Assembly: GCF_009914755.1 (NCBI RefSeq)
Contig: NC_060926.1
DNA: 64,000 bases
Reading direction: 5' to 3' (one strand)
From: the human T2T-CHM13v2.0 reference genome, Homo sapiens
This document shows, piece after piece, positions 37,541 to 51,480 of this stretch (within the stretch, counting starts at the first letter, position 1; each line of letters starts with the position of its first letter). Both the position numbers and the translations under genes were made by a program. The notes under the pieces are model-generated. The model saw nothing but the letters and a program-made list of their open reading frames with translations. It was not told where the DNA came from and ran no database searches.

Positions 37541-40123
37541 AGCATTGTGCCTCAGATGAAAAATTGAACTAGTGTATCTGTCACAGGAAAAAAATTAAAC
37601 TTACTTTTTACTTCTCTAAGATTTAAAGCCTTAAATGACCTCTACAAAAAATGTTGGTGAAAAATACATGGCAGAAACATTCTACTGCAAGAATGGCTCA
37701 GTCAATGCCAACCTGCTTGATTTTCAAATGCCTACAGCAGTCACTGCATGAATGTCAGTGGTTGATTTTGATAGGGAAGACTTCTCAAATTCTAGTATTC
37801 AACTTTAGTACTTTGTTGGTTGCCTTGCATAGGGAGAGAATTTAGTTCACCTCCAGATGTTTGCTTTCATTTCCTCACGTATTTCTCATGGATATCAGCA
37901 TTCTATAATTTAGGCTTGTATTAGGAGAAAGCAAACAACATGGGACTTTACCTAGAACAAATAATTTAGTCTGTGAAACCGCAGTTAGCCAGAGAAGAGA
38001 TAGCCCTTAACATTAACATTTCACATAATAACTATTCTCCTAACAAATGTGTTTCACTGGGCTCATTTAATTAATAAAATATGTTTCTAGAATAAGCATT
38101 AAAATAGCATTAAAGGAGGAAAGTGATTCATGTATGTATGGTTATATTCTGCACAGAAGATTATATCACAGAAGATTATATCATATAGAACTATCATATC
38201 ATATAGTTCTCCTACGAACTTTCTCTAACTCTCTTCTTCTAGAAAATAAATGAAAAGAACCTGTTTCAATATTGTATAAAATAAAATTACTTCAGGTTTC
38301 ACCTGATTTTTTTCATCACTTTATTGCTTTTTTAAATTCAAGTTTAAAGACAGGTAAAACTTTTAAGATACTAGACATGTCTGTTTTTCTATTGCTTGGG
38401 AAAAGAGAAAAAGTAGTGGGTGGATTATGAATACTGTGTAAACATCTTGATGAAGAAGAGGTTCTTGTGAGACAATGAGAAACCAATTGATTTTTCCCTT
38501 TGTTCACTGTTTAGACCTATTGCATGGGGTTGGTACTTAGCCTGCCCCTTGACGAAATCTTGGGCAAACCCATGACATCCCAGTCACACATAGAATAATG
38601 AAAAGTCTCCCAGCCACTTCAAGGCATAGATCACAGTTTCATTCCCATAATTAATATATTCTTTCACGTATAATAATTAACACTTCAAATTTAGTATTAG
38701 GTTAGTTTTGTTTCTCCTTGGAACTACCCAGTTTGGTCTCCTGAAGTGGGAAATGAAGGAAAAAGCTTGGCAGGATTCTCTCTCCCAATCTAGAGACTCC
38801 ATCCCCTTTTCCATCTTTCTAACAGTTTCTGACCCTTCCACGATTGGCATATGGATGAGATCAAAGGAGGTAAAATTTAGAAGGGCATAAAAATTTCACT
38901 CAGAGAAAACATTCAAGATGTGTTCTTGAATTTAAGCTGTTTGGTGTCACCACTTTCTGAGCACTGCAATCGTTTTCATCATATATCACTTTGGTGAGTT
39001 CCACAGAGGAGTGTAGTCTTTGAGGATTTCTCATTAGTAGTAGCCTTGACAGAAGTAACATTTTTCTTGAACTGATTTCTTATATTGTCCCTAGAACCCC
39101 CTCTGCTTCCAGAAGATCACCTCCAAATTCTTTCTGGTCAAGTTCTTTTATACCTTAAGGGATGCTCTTAAAAATACTCATGTTTTCTCTGTTGAAAGAG
39201 ACCCACATTTGGTCCATAGGAAACATTCATCCCCTTTGCCATAACAACATGGAGTGCAGGCCGGACTCAGTGCAGTCTTGTCCACCTTTCTCCATTCCCA
39301 GGGCACTTAGTTCACTATACTGTTATGAACCTTGATTTCTTAGACACCTGCTGTGTCACCTGAAGCACCAGGGAAACATCAAACTCTCCTCAAGGTGTCC
39401 AAGAAACCCAATTTCCCAGGAATGAAGTGAGAAAGAGACACCTCTTCTCTGACTTCTCCCTCTTGGGGAGGGAATCCCAGAGAACATTAACTCGCTACAC
39501 AGATCCTTTTTTATCCAACTTTTCTCTCAAACTTCCAAATCTTTTATGCACTAAAAGAGGATAAGAGATTAACAATCACAAAACTGGGTTTTGACTACTC
39601 CTTTGAAGTCATGCATGTTTAGCTGTACCTAAATTCGAATGTGATTTTTATTATTTTGAGGCTTCAGCCCCAAAATGGAGAGAAACAGTCCAATTCAACA
39701 TTCTGTCACATCTGGTTTTCATTAGAGATTATAGTTTAGCTTCTTGTGTAAATAGCCAACAGATTCTGGGAACTATGTTTTACTTTTACTTTATTGTTTA
39801 TGAAAGCCAAGGAGGAGTAGCTCAGCTCACCCCATCAGCACCATTCTAAAGACACTACAGTTATCTTTGGTGTTATCAGCCTTTGTTTTCTGGGGCTTGT
39901 CTTACTATTTCAGATATTATCATCCTTGTTTTTATGTTTTTCTCTTTAGAAATCTTTTGCCTATTAAAGCCACTTTTCAGTCGGTTTAAAAATAAATGTA
40001 TGGGTTCTATACATCATACTTTTCAATCTACACTGGGATTTTGGTCCATTACATATTTATTCTTTTTGGTATATCTTCAATGACATCAACTTTCAGGGAG
40101 TCCCTGTATTGAGCCTGCAGACA

Positions 40124-40306
40124 CCTTTCCTTCCTTCCTTCCTTCCTTCCCTCCCTCCCTCCCTCCCTTCCTTCCTTTCCTTCCTTCCTCTCTTCCTTCC
40201 TTCTTTTCTTCCTCTCACCTTCCCTGCCTCCTTCTTTCCCTTCCTCCCTTTCTCCTTGCCTTCCTCCCTCCCTCCCTCCCTACTTACCTTCCTTTTTCTT
40301 TTTTTC
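40124..40306. repeat. (CCTT/CCCT)n polypyrimidine low-complexity tract
   Basis: About 180 bp of almost pure C/T. Confidence 0.95.
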
Positions 40307-40428
40307 ATGACTATATGTATTGAGTATCTACTATGTCCTGGGCATAATCCTAAATTCTTAGTTTTCTCCCATTCTTAGTTCTCCTAAATTCTTAGTTCTC
40401 TCCCATTCTATAAAAGCAATACAACATG

Positions 40429-40480
40429 CACACACACTCACAGACACACACACAGACACACACACACACACACACACACA
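40429..40480. repeat. Interrupted (CA)n microsatellite
   Basis: Directly visible. Confidence 0.95.
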
Positions 40481-40989
40481 TCTCTTCTCTATCTCATACT
40501 TCATATCAGTTGTCACCTATCCTTCCCTCTTATTTTCTTTTTATTTACATTAATTGTGTGCTTTGTATTTCCTGCCCTAAATTTTCCTCTTCAGTTCCTT
40601 TTGGGTTATCTTTTTCTTCTGAGAAGCACCAGATTTTGGCTTAGGAACAGCCTGTTCCTTTCCAGCAAGGATCCTCTCAATGTGTTGGTGGAGTTCATAT
40701 ATGGGTCCACCTGACCATGATCTCTGTTGGCACCTTGAAGGCTTCATTGACCTGATACATTCAGTGACCAGAGAATGAACTTCTAAATCCTGCAGTTCAG
40801 CATTATCCTCTGCGTTTTTAGGCACAGGTAGAAAAGATTTGGCACGCTTTTTGAGTTACTGCCACCATTTCATCTCCACTCTTTAGCTTGGAGATGCCTG
40901 CCAGATACACAATTGTATGGAATTAATATGACATATTTAAGAACAAAACAAAACCCTCCCTCAATTTATAACCCTCTTTGATTATTGGC

Positions 40990-43075
40990 ATATCTCTCTG
41001 CCTTTTCACAGCCAAATTTCTCATGACTCTTGCTAAAGCTTTACTTTTTTATCTCCCATTTACTCTTAAATACTTTCTATTTTGGCTTTTGTACTCACTC
41101 CTCTATTTAGATGGCTGCCTTGCCAAGGCACTTATTGCTACATCCGTGGAGCTCTTTTTATTTTATATTCTATTTTCCTTCTTAGCAACATTTGGCACTA
41201 CTGTTTTCTCCCTATTTGTAGAAAAAAATCCTTCCTTTTGTCTTTCAGTTTCCTCTTTCTTTCTTGTGCTTTCTTCTCCCATCTTGGTATTCTTTCCCAA
41301 TCTCCTTTGGAGGCCTCTCCTACTCTGACCACTTCTCAAACTATGTTTTTTTCCTGGGGTCCTTTCCACTGTTTCTTAGCTTTTACTCTCATCCTAAACT
41401 CTCTACCTGCACAATTTCACTCCAAAACTTTAGTCATTATTTTAAAAACTCCCACATTTAAATTCCTCTTAGATGGCCCTTCTGAGCTCCAATATCTCCT
41501 AACAGCTGCCTATTGGACGTATCAATCCAATGGTGAAACTCTTCCGTCTGTCAATCTTGTTATTCCTCCCACATGTCCCCGATCAGTGAAAGATGCCATC
41601 CCCTTCACCTGGTTGTTCAAGCCAGAAATCTGGCTCTTTTTCTTCTTTATACCTTCAAATAACCAAACCCCAGATCTTATTAATTATGCCTTGAAACTAT
41701 TGCCCAAATCTCTGTACTTGTATTACTAATACTCTTACTCTTGCCTTGGCCATTCTGAACTTTTCCTGGCTTGCTGGAACAGCTTCTCAATGCATCTCCA
41801 TGAATCCCATATAGTCTTTTCTTTAGACATGCTTCCTATTGTAGCCAGAGTACTCTTCTGAGGTCTCAAGAGTCCGCCCGCTTCTGCAGCTTTTCTCAGA
41901 TATTACCTCCAATCACATGGCAGTGGGCCTCCATGGCTCCATGTTTATTATATGGCATCTTTCTTACTGATAACAAAAGATGCAGACAGAATAGACACCT
42001 GGTTCAATCAGATTCTTTCTCTTGGAAATGTGGAGTTAACATTAAGGACTGTTAGGTTTTTTTAATTGGATACTTTAACTGGAAGAACTTGCACATGTGG
42101 GAGATATGAGGCAGATTCAGCCATGTGCACAAGGAAGCATCTATATACCAAAAGGAGCAGAGATAGAACCACATTGCCCCAGACAGAGAGAGAGGCTGAG
42201 AAAAGAGACTTGACTTCTGATGGCTTTAGAGTTCCTAGCCTCATGAGGCTCAGCTAGTCTCTGCTTGCATGATTTATCCCTGAGTCTATAATTTCATGTA
42301 GTGGCTCTGAGCTCTCCAGCTGGTCTGTTGCAGATGTATGCTGTGATATTGACCCCCTAGCCTCAGGGCAGCTGGAGTCCCCAGGCTGCTTGCCTCCTGC
42401 CACAAGCAGCCTTGTCTCTTTTCCCCAGGGTGCTGTATAAATATTATCATTTTCCATCTGTGCCAGGATATGGAAAAGGTTGAAAAACAGTATAATACAT
42501 AGTTAATAAATTTCTTCTTTTTGCTTAAGTCAGCTCTAGCAGTATTCTGTTTTTTTTTGCCACGGAGAGCTTTAACCAAGACATCTTTCAAAATGTAGAT
42601 TGGAGCTGATTTTTCTCCTGTATAAAACCATACAGCGTTTCTCTAATGTCTTGGGAGTTTAGTCCAAACTCCTTGCTGTACTATATAAAGACCAACATAG
42701 TCAGGCCCTCCCTTCTTATTCTTTAGCCTCTCCTCTCCTCACCTCAACTGTATTTCTCTGAACTTCCAGAAGGCACTATACTCAGTGAAATAGAATATAC
42801 CAGACTTCCTGTAATTGTAGGTCTTTGCATATAGTAGGCTGTGTGTTGCAGCACTCTTTACTCCTCTTTCTCTCATTGCTTGGTTAATGCCTATCGATAT
42901 TCAAATGACACCTTTCCATTCAAAGTTCCTGAACAGTAATCACATTGAATGGTAATTTTTTCATTTACTTAACTAATCTCTGTCTTGAAGGTGTAGTCAG
43001 TGTCTACCTTGTTTATTATTGTGCTTTCAAAATCTAACACACGGGAGATAAACAATAAATACTTACCATGGGAAC
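40990..43075 (+). mobile_element. L2 LINE, interrupted by an LTR at about 41870-42583
   Basis: CCTTTTCACAGCCAAATTTCT...CTTCTGAGCTCCAATATCTCCTAACAGCTGCCTATTGGAC...GCCAGAAATCTGG...GTAGCCAGAGT; resumes TCTTTCAAAATGTAGAT...AGTCCAAACTCCTTG. Confidence 0.7.
41870..42583 (+). mobile_element. Ancient MaLR LTR (MLT1K/L-like)
   Basis: CAATCAGATTCTTTCTCTTGGAAAT; 3' end AATAAATTTCTTCTTTTTGCTTAAG...AGCTTTAACCAAGACA. Confidence 0.55.
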
Positions 43076-43894
43076 AATACTTTCAATCCTTGCATGTATC
43101 CTTATTCAATTGCTTATTTTATTCAGTTTCAAAACCATTCTAAACCTTCTGCATCCTCTTCAAGCCCTCTTCTCTTCCACCACTCAGACAATCTCCTTTC
43201 CTATCAAACTGAGGATTTGAAGTCATCATATACATTCTTCCTCCACTCCCTACCATTTCATACGCAGTCACCTAATCTATAATCCCAGTTTTCTACAGTC
43301 TCTGAGAATGAGGTGCTTCACTTGCTTTTCAGGGACAATTGCATTCCCACCTTCCTCGACCCATTCCATTCTTACTCTTTTTAGAATAGCCATTTTTCTG
43401 TCTCTATTCTTAAAATTTTTACTGACTCCTTCCCCTAGCTTATAAACATATCCAATCTTTCCATCTTAAAAATTTAACGAGCTCTTTTCTCCAGGAATAC
43501 CAAACTTTGTAGAATTTTTAGAGAAATTTCCCAATGTTTGCATATTCATTCATTATGCAGTTCCTTCTACATGAAATTAGTATCTCTTTCTCTCTGTTAA
43601 AATAAAATCTTACATCAAGATTCATCTTTGGCACCATCGTATTCATAAAACATTTCTTGATATCTCAACTGAATATAGTCATTTTCTTATACCTGTCTTA
43701 AGTCATTTATTACAACTTATTTTACATTACAGTTATTTGTGTATTTATACAATGCCTAACCCATTATAGATCCAACTTAACACTCCCAACACTATATTGC
43801 AAATATAGTGAAGGTAAAGACTACGTGTTACTAAGTTTTGTTTTTTACAATATCTAGCACCAAGTAGAAAAGAAAAAAATGACATAATAAAAAT

Positions 43895-44200
43895 ACCATT
43901 AATTTTTAATATTTATTGTTTACTATGTTCTAGGGAACTTCCATGAATTTCATTGAATTTATGTGACAAACACTGAAATTGTTACTATTATTATCCCATT
44001 ACAGAAACAAGGTAAGGTGCAAAAGTCATATATTTGTCATAATGCAGATATGAGTTTGAATCTTGACTCAACCAAAAACTGGTAGTTAGATCTTAAAAGT
44101 TATTTAACTTCTCTGAGTCACATCTGTGGTGATGCCCTATGTAATAAGATTGTTGTACATTTTTTAGAAACTAATAGTGCATGCCTTGTACAAATTACTT
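43895..44200. mobile_element. Two adjacent MIR fragments in opposite orientations
   Basis: Minus-type ACTATTATTATCCCATTACAG then plus-type AAGTTATTTAACTTCTCTGAG...CATCTG. Confidence 0.55.
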
Positions 44201-44257
44201 AACATAAATCCGTTCTTTTTTTTTTCTTTTGCACATACAGATACTCAATGAATGTAT

Positions 44258-44550
44258 TTTTGTTGTTGTTGAGATGGATTCTCACTCTGTTGCCCAAGCT
44301 GGAGTGCAGTGGCATGATCTGGGCTCACTGCAACCTCCACCTCCCAGGTTTAAGCTTCTCTCACCTCAGCCTCTGGAATAGTTGGGATAACAGGCACACA
44401 CCACCATGCATGGCTAATTTTTGTATTTTTAGTAGAGATGGGGTTTCATCATGTTGGCCAGGCTGGTCTTGAATCCCTGACCTCAAGTGATCCTCTGGCC
44501 TTGGCCTCCCAAAGTGCTGGGATTACAGGTATGAGCCACCACACCCGGCC
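44258..44550 (-). mobile_element. Full-length Alu (AluSz/Jb-like)
   Basis: Complete dimer with GACCTCAAGTGATCC; TSD TGAATGTAT at 44249-44257 and 44551-44559. Confidence 0.96.
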
Positions 44551-44854
44551 TGAATGTATGTTGATATAAGTTGAATGTCTCTACATCTGGGTACTAACAC
44601 AGATAGAGTTGCAAAATATGTTCCCATGTTGTTTCTAAATTGCTCATTTAGTCTTGAAATATGGTTGTGCCATGTGCTACTTCTGGAAGTGTATTGAACC
44701 TGGCTAGGAGATTCAGAATCAAGGAAGGAATGAAGTAGATGACATAATACTCTGCTTCATTATTTAAAAAATAATAATAATCAAAAATTGCGCTCATGAC
44801 AAAAGCCAAGAGTAGAAAACAAAAACACCAAGTACTTAGTTCTAATTTGATAAT

Positions 44855-45343
44855 GTTTCTGTTAACTTTTACTCTATAACAAATTATGTAAAATGTATTT
44901 GAGGAAAACAACCATTTATTATCCTGATGGATCATGTGGGTTAAGAGTTTGGATAGGGAACAAAGGGGATAGCCTACCTCTTTTCCACAGTATCTGAGGC
45001 CTCAGTTGGAAGACCCAATGGCTGGAAGCTGGACTCATCTGAAGGATTGCTTATCCTTGGTTGTTTTTTTGACTAGCTATTGAATGGGGGAGTTAGTTTC
45101 TCTCCATGTGGAACTTTCCGTGTTATTTTTCTACATGGCTAGTGTGGACTTGCTGACAGCAGAGTGGCTGGCTGGGTTCCATGAGTGGCTGAAGATAAAA
45201 GAGAGAAGTCAGAGAATGAGGAAAAGGAAAGAGAAAGAAATGAGATATGTTTAATAGACTTCACCTCTTGACTGAAGTGTTGATGTTACATTGTAAGAAG
45301 CATATGTAGGATGGTATATATCTGGAAGATACACTCTCCCACA
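44855..45343 (-). mobile_element. MaLR LTR (MLT1G-like)
   Basis: AAACAACCATTTATT...TCTGAGGCCTCAGTTGGAAGAC...CACCTCTTGA...TTACATTGTAAGAAG...TCCCACA. Confidence 0.7.
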
Positions 45344-46753
45344 GAGTGTATATCAGAAGGGATATATACATAACTGGTATTTCTGTAGTCCATTAGGAAG
45401 ATTATTAACTGTATATTTTAAGTTGTAATTTTCAAGGCATAAAATGATAAAAATCAAGGTGTGCCTTTGACCCATTTTTATCTCTAGGTTGGTATTTTAA
45501 TAACATATCTAATACTTGTTCTAAGTACAATAAAAATGGCAAGATTTCATTTTAGAATGTAGGCTAAATGATAAAGGGGAAAAGGTTCTGTGCCTTTTGA
45601 ATCATTTTGAATTAGGCACTTTAAAAATTATATTACCTTTTTTTCCAGGGATGTCTCTATTTCCAATATTTTCTTTTCCAAGAATATATTTCCTTCTTCA
45701 GAATATTTCTAGCATTAAATTATATAAAATAGCTGAAATGTTTTGCATTTGCTACTGAGTTTGACATTATTCTTCTTAACGCAAATATTGCCTTTTGGCT
45801 TTAAATTAAAGTGTCAAAGATCTCACCCTTAATCTTTCTAGAATGTGTGTCAGAGAATCAGAATAGAGAAAAATGCTCTTAGGGTCAGATTCTAATCTGG
45901 ATAAGGAATCAGCCAAATTTGTACTCCAGAACCAAGTTCTCAGCTCTTTACTTTTTTCATCACAACCATCTTACGAATTTTTCCTTTTCATTTGATGCCT
46001 TCAATATCTTCAAGAGTCTTTCATTCCAGAATTAGAGTTACCATGCTATTAAAACACTTGGGGTAAGGTGCCTTAAATTTACAAAATAATTTAAGTAATA
46101 TTTGTAATACTAATTCCATAAAGCAGATTTTGGTTAGAGTAGTGGTCAGGGGAGTCCCAAATACTGGAATGTGTGGATGGATGAAGATGAATGGAAGAAA
46201 CATTACAAAGTTACATAATTTTGAGCAGAGAAGTTGAGCTCTACAAAGGAGGAAGAATAGCAGCAGATCAACTAACCTGGCATGTAGAGTTCAAAAGTTT
46301 AATTAAAGCTCTTGGCATGAAAAATAGAGGTGCACAGACCCTTAAATGACAGCCATTAACAGTTACAGGACTTGGTCTGTGTGGGGCCAAGAGTTTCAAA
46401 CATTTTTCAGGTGCAACCTCAGATAGAGATGAGGATATTGGTAACAAGAATCAACTTTGAATACCAAAGGATGATGATAACATCACTACATTTCTGAAAT
46501 TCTTAAGTCTCTGTGGTATAAGAAAATGAGGAGATTCTGGATGATTTATGACATATTTGTCATGAAATTAATTGCATGATGCTCAGGACATTTATCTTCT
46601 TGCTTAGCTAAGATGTTATACTCTTTATATTCTCAAAACTGAACATGGTTCTATGATATAACTCCTGAGCTTACATTTTAGACAAAGGGATGATCAGTGA
46701 AATGTAGTATGTATGTAGACATAAAAGGACACACAACTAATATAAAGAGATCA

Positions 46754-47183
<430 letters not shown>

Positions 47184-47741
47184 TTATTCACAATAAGCCT
47201 TCTTGGTACACGTTTATAACTGACTTCTAAATTTTTTTTGCAAAGGAAATGTATATAATTTAAAAAGAATGAACAGATGTTAAAAAATTTATTTCCCATT
47301 TAACTTCCTATGTTGGTTTTCTGACTTATTTTCCCACAGTTCCTTTAATATATACCTCAATGGACTTTGCTCCTAATCAGCTTTTCACAGAGCAATATAA
47401 AGGCAGGATTAGAAGGCATACATATAACAAAAAAGGTCTCTTTTTTCCATAGCAATAGGTAAGTAGATATTAGACAATTATAAATTTAAAAATATAATAA
47501 TCATTAAATGTAGCACATCAAAGCAATTCTGTAACAGAACTAATTACTATTCAGGTATTTCATAAGTTTATGAAATGAATGAGGTTTTAAGTGATTACCT
47601 GTCTTGAGTATAGCTGTTTAGTAACCAAACTAGGTTTAAAAAATAATTATTAAAACAAATCTATAAAACATCAGCTTAACTCTTATGATGTGTGTTGTTT
47701 CTGTCCCCCCAACCCAGGCTGATTCACTTCTAACGACAGGA

Positions 47742-47960
47742 AAATGTAGTGAAATAAAAGGAGCCCAGAATTTCAAAGCAGAATTCCCTGGATTTTATTC
47801 CCTCTGACTTTCCAATTTTGTAACTTAGTAGTTATGAGAATTTAGATAGGCTGTAGAGCTTTCCTGAGCCTAATTTTCATCATCTAGAAATAAGAAAACC
47901 TGCTCTTGTTTTTTAACTTACGAGGTTTTGGAGAGGATCAAATAGGATCAAGTATGAAAA
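47742..47960 (+). mobile_element. MIR SINE
   Basis: CCTGAGCCTAATTTTCATCATCTAGAAAT...GAGGATCAAATAGGAT. Confidence 0.6.
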
Positions 47961-48899
47961 TAAGAATATATATTTTAAACAGAATCCCAGGCTCTAACTC
48001 TTTAAATAGATTAGGGGCATAACCCTGACATGCAAACGCCAATTGATCCTGTTTGACTTACCCAACTATTTCTCATTGTTCAGACAATTTCCAGATTTTT
48101 CACTCGCACTGTAGGTTGCATTGAATTGAAAAAGAAATATAAAATCATTCTTATTCAACAAATTTATATTGAGTGAATTTATGTCCAGGGGAAATAGTGC
48201 TTACATGACTACTAGTAAAAAAAAGATGAAGATTACTATAAATATGTAAGACAGATTTGATATATATGATATGAAATATCTATGTGAAATACATGAGATT
48301 ATGTTTAGCTCTGCACCTGATGGTCTTTATGTTTACTGTCTACCTCTTAATAGACTTCTCTGATTTCATTTAGGTCTTGGAGACAAGAACTATATGTCAT
48401 AGCCTAGCCTTGTCTAATTTATTTAATCATATAAAATACATGTTCTCATTTTCAAGTGAGTAAAGTGCTGAGAAAATAGTGTTAACTATGTTGCATATAG
48501 CAAAAGTGGGGATGCTAAGAGCCAGCATAATTTAAGTAAATGGATATGTTTATAGAGCAGCAAAACTAATGCTTTCTGACAGTTGCTCTGGCCTTTATTT
48601 TAACCTCTATTTTTTTCCATTATAAACCAAAAGTAGACTATCTAAGCTGCCCTGGAGGGACACTAAAGATGTATTATGAGTATCAATCCCTAGAAATAGA
48701 AAAACTCAAGTTCAATGTTGATAATAAATTTTGGCACACTTGCTGTTGCTCAAATACAATATCATACTTGTGAAAACCTTTGCATTTTCACCCAAAGATA
48801 TATCAAAGGCTCAATATTTTAAAATAGCATAGCACATTTTAGACTTTGAACATATGAAATATAAAAGTGAAATATATCATTGCAATAAAGTTTTGGCAA

Positions 48900-49102
48900 T
48901 GTGATGTACTGAAAACAACAATAATGACACTAAATAGCCCTAAGAAGAAGGAAACCTGCGCCCTGTCTCCTCCCTTTCACCTACTGATCTTGTAACCTTG
49001 GGCAATATAACTTCTCTGGTCCTTAGTTGACTCTGATGATAAAGACGATTACATGAATGTAGGAACTGAATCAGATGACTTTCACTAGCCCTGAGACTAT
49101 GA
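48900..49102 (+). mobile_element. MIR3-like SINE
   Basis: TGTAACCTTGGGCAATATAACTTCTCTGGTCCTTAGTT...CAGATGAC...CTATGAT. Confidence 0.55.
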
Positions 49103-49235
49103 TGATAATAATGTATTAATGATTTTAGTCAATGGCTTGGGGGCTGTTGGGGTAAAAATCAACACTGTAAAAATTTAATATCCTTCCATCAGCAACACTA
49201 AAATATAATCATGAGGTTATATTCTTCTATGTGAA

Positions 49236-49470
49236 TTTAATTCATTTAACAAAAACTTGTTAACCATCTACAATATGCTGAGTGTTCTCTGAGAATAAGA
49301 GTGGGAGGAGGATAGGAAAGGGATAGAAAGATGAATAACTCATGATGCCTGCTCCAGAGGGTGTTTTTAATTTAGAGAGCAAGTAGACACACTAACAAAT
49401 AATTACAGAAGAGTGTGATAAATATGATAATGATCATTCATACAGAGAACTATGGGAGTTAAGTGGAACA
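49236..49470 (-). mobile_element. L2 3' end
   Basis: ATTCATTTAACAAAAACTTGTTAACCATCTACAATATGC...GATAGAAAGATGAATAA...CCTGCTC. Confidence 0.65.
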
Positions 49471-49721
49471 TAGAGGGCTCTGGGATAGGTTGTGGACTGC
49501 ATTATGAAATTTTAGGCAATTGATATTACAGTATGATATGATAAATGTACTACCAGCCAGCACACCGAGGTTCTGCTTTTACCAGTTTTATTTTTTGCCA
49601 GTACTACCTGCTCAAAATGTAGCCTGGAGCAAATCACTTTAATCTTATCTGGAAAATTGTGGTAAGGCAGTTTCAAATTCTGTTAAAGCTCTAAAGCCCA
49701 ACAACTCTCTGGCAGACATGC

Positions 49722-50126
49722 TATCTTAGTCCATTTGTGCTGCTATTACAAAATACCACAGACTAATTTGTAATTTGTAAAGAAGAGAAATTTATTTTCT
49801 CACAGTTCTGGAGGCTCGTAAGTCCACTATCAAGGTACCAGCAGGTTCAGTGTCTGGTGAAGGCTGCTCTCTGCTTTCAAGATGGTGCCTTGATGCTGCA
49901 TCCTCGAGAGGGGAGGAACACTGTGCTCTCACATGATTGAAGGTGGAGGGCAAAAGAGACAAACTTCCTCCATCAGGTACTTTTGTAAGGCCACCTAATA
50001 CCATTCACAAAGGCTGGAGCCCTCATGACTTAATCCCCTCTTAAAGCCTCCACCTCTTACTACTAACATATTGGCCATTAAGCTTTAATGCTTGAATTTT
50101 GCAAGGAGCACATTCAAATCACAGCA
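49722..50126 (-). mobile_element. MaLR LTR (MSTC/MSTD-like) inserted near the 5' end of an older LTR (about 49710-50500)
   Basis: TATCTTAGTCCATTTGTGCTGCTATTACAAAATACC...CACATTCAAATCACAGCA; TSD CATG(C/T) at 49717-49721 and 50127-50131. Confidence 0.9.
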
Positions 50127-51099
50127 CATGTCAAATATCTATCTGATATTCACGCTCCCTTTCTTAAAAAACATAAACTCAATTTTATTTGGGGTTACAT
50201 TATGCTCAGATTAAAAACCTGGTTTCCCAGGAACTTTTATTTCTAGGGGTGGCCATGAAAAAATGAAATGCTTTGCTTTCCTGATATGCGCACTATTTTG
50301 CACTTCCTTATCCCTGCCCAGAATATTGTAACACCACAATGAATAAATACAAATGTCATAGTTACGACGGGAGAGTAGGAAACTATAAGAAACTTGAGGC
50401 CCTTACCAGCACTAGCTCTAAAATACCTTCTTCCTGACTTGTTACCTGATAAATAGTTGTATTCTGGTTTCTGCTACAAGTAGCTAAACTTAATGAATAC
50501 AGATCCCTAAGCTTTAATATTAAAAGACAGTATTTTCTGAATTAAGAAGCTGGGCTAAATTATAGTTCAGCATGACATAGTTCTATATATTAGTATCTGA
50601 GTGTGTGTATGTATGTATGAGGATGTGCCACTATGCATGTGCGTGTCATAGCTAGATACTATATAAATTGTAAGTCATTGACTCCCAGATTTATATCCTC
50701 ATTCAAGGCTTCTCTTCTGACCTCTAAGCCAACTGCCATCCTAATATTTTTCTTTGGATATCTTAAAGGTCTCTCTACATAAAAACCCAAACCAAACACA
50801 TTAAAGTACACATACACACCCCCAAACCTAAATGTTCATTCAAAGTTTGCTATCTTCATATTGGCATTTCCATGAAATCAGATAATAAGCCTGGATAACT
50901 GGTAGTTAGTTACCTGTAATACTCTTTGCTCCTACACATGTCACAGACAAAATCTTCTTACATTCTTCTCCCAGTGTACTTGTAATTTCGTTTCTTTGTG
51001 GTCAGTTTTCTTGTCTGTAAAATTGACATAAAACTAATATCTACTACGGGATTTTTTGTAGATTATATTAGTTAATATATTTAAAATATCAGAACAACG

Positions 51100-51480
51100 C
51101 CTAACCATTTTGTGCTGCAATAGCAGAATATCTGAAACTGGATAAATTAAAGTAAACAGAAATGTATTTCTCACATTTCTGGAGGCTGGCAAGTACAATA
51201 TCCAGATGCCAGAATCTGTTGAGGGCCTTTTTGCTGCGTCTTAACATCTGAAGGTGTGTTGAAGGCTGAAGGCATCATCATATGGAAGAATGGCCAAGAG
51301 AGGTGAGAGAGAGAGCAAGAGTGGGAGATCCTACTCCCCTGATAATGGTGGTAGTCACTTCATGAGAGTGGAGACTTTATGACCTAACCACCTCTTAAAG
51401 GTGCCATCTCCAGATACTATCAATGGCAATTTTAAAATTTTAACATGAGTTTGGAGGGGACAATCATTCAAAATATAGCA
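51100..51480 (-). mobile_element. MaLR LTR (MSTB/C-like) inserted in a MIR (about 50995-51510)
   Basis: TTTCTCACATTTCTGGAGGCTGGCAAG...CACCTCTTAAAGG...ACATGAGTTTGGAGGGGACAATCATTCAAAATATAGCA. Confidence 0.85.

Noticed and set aside
41082-41729. Longest ORF (215 aa)
   Set aside because: It falls in a pyrimidine-rich L2 remnant, has a non-ATG start, low-complexity F/L/S composition and no recognisable domain
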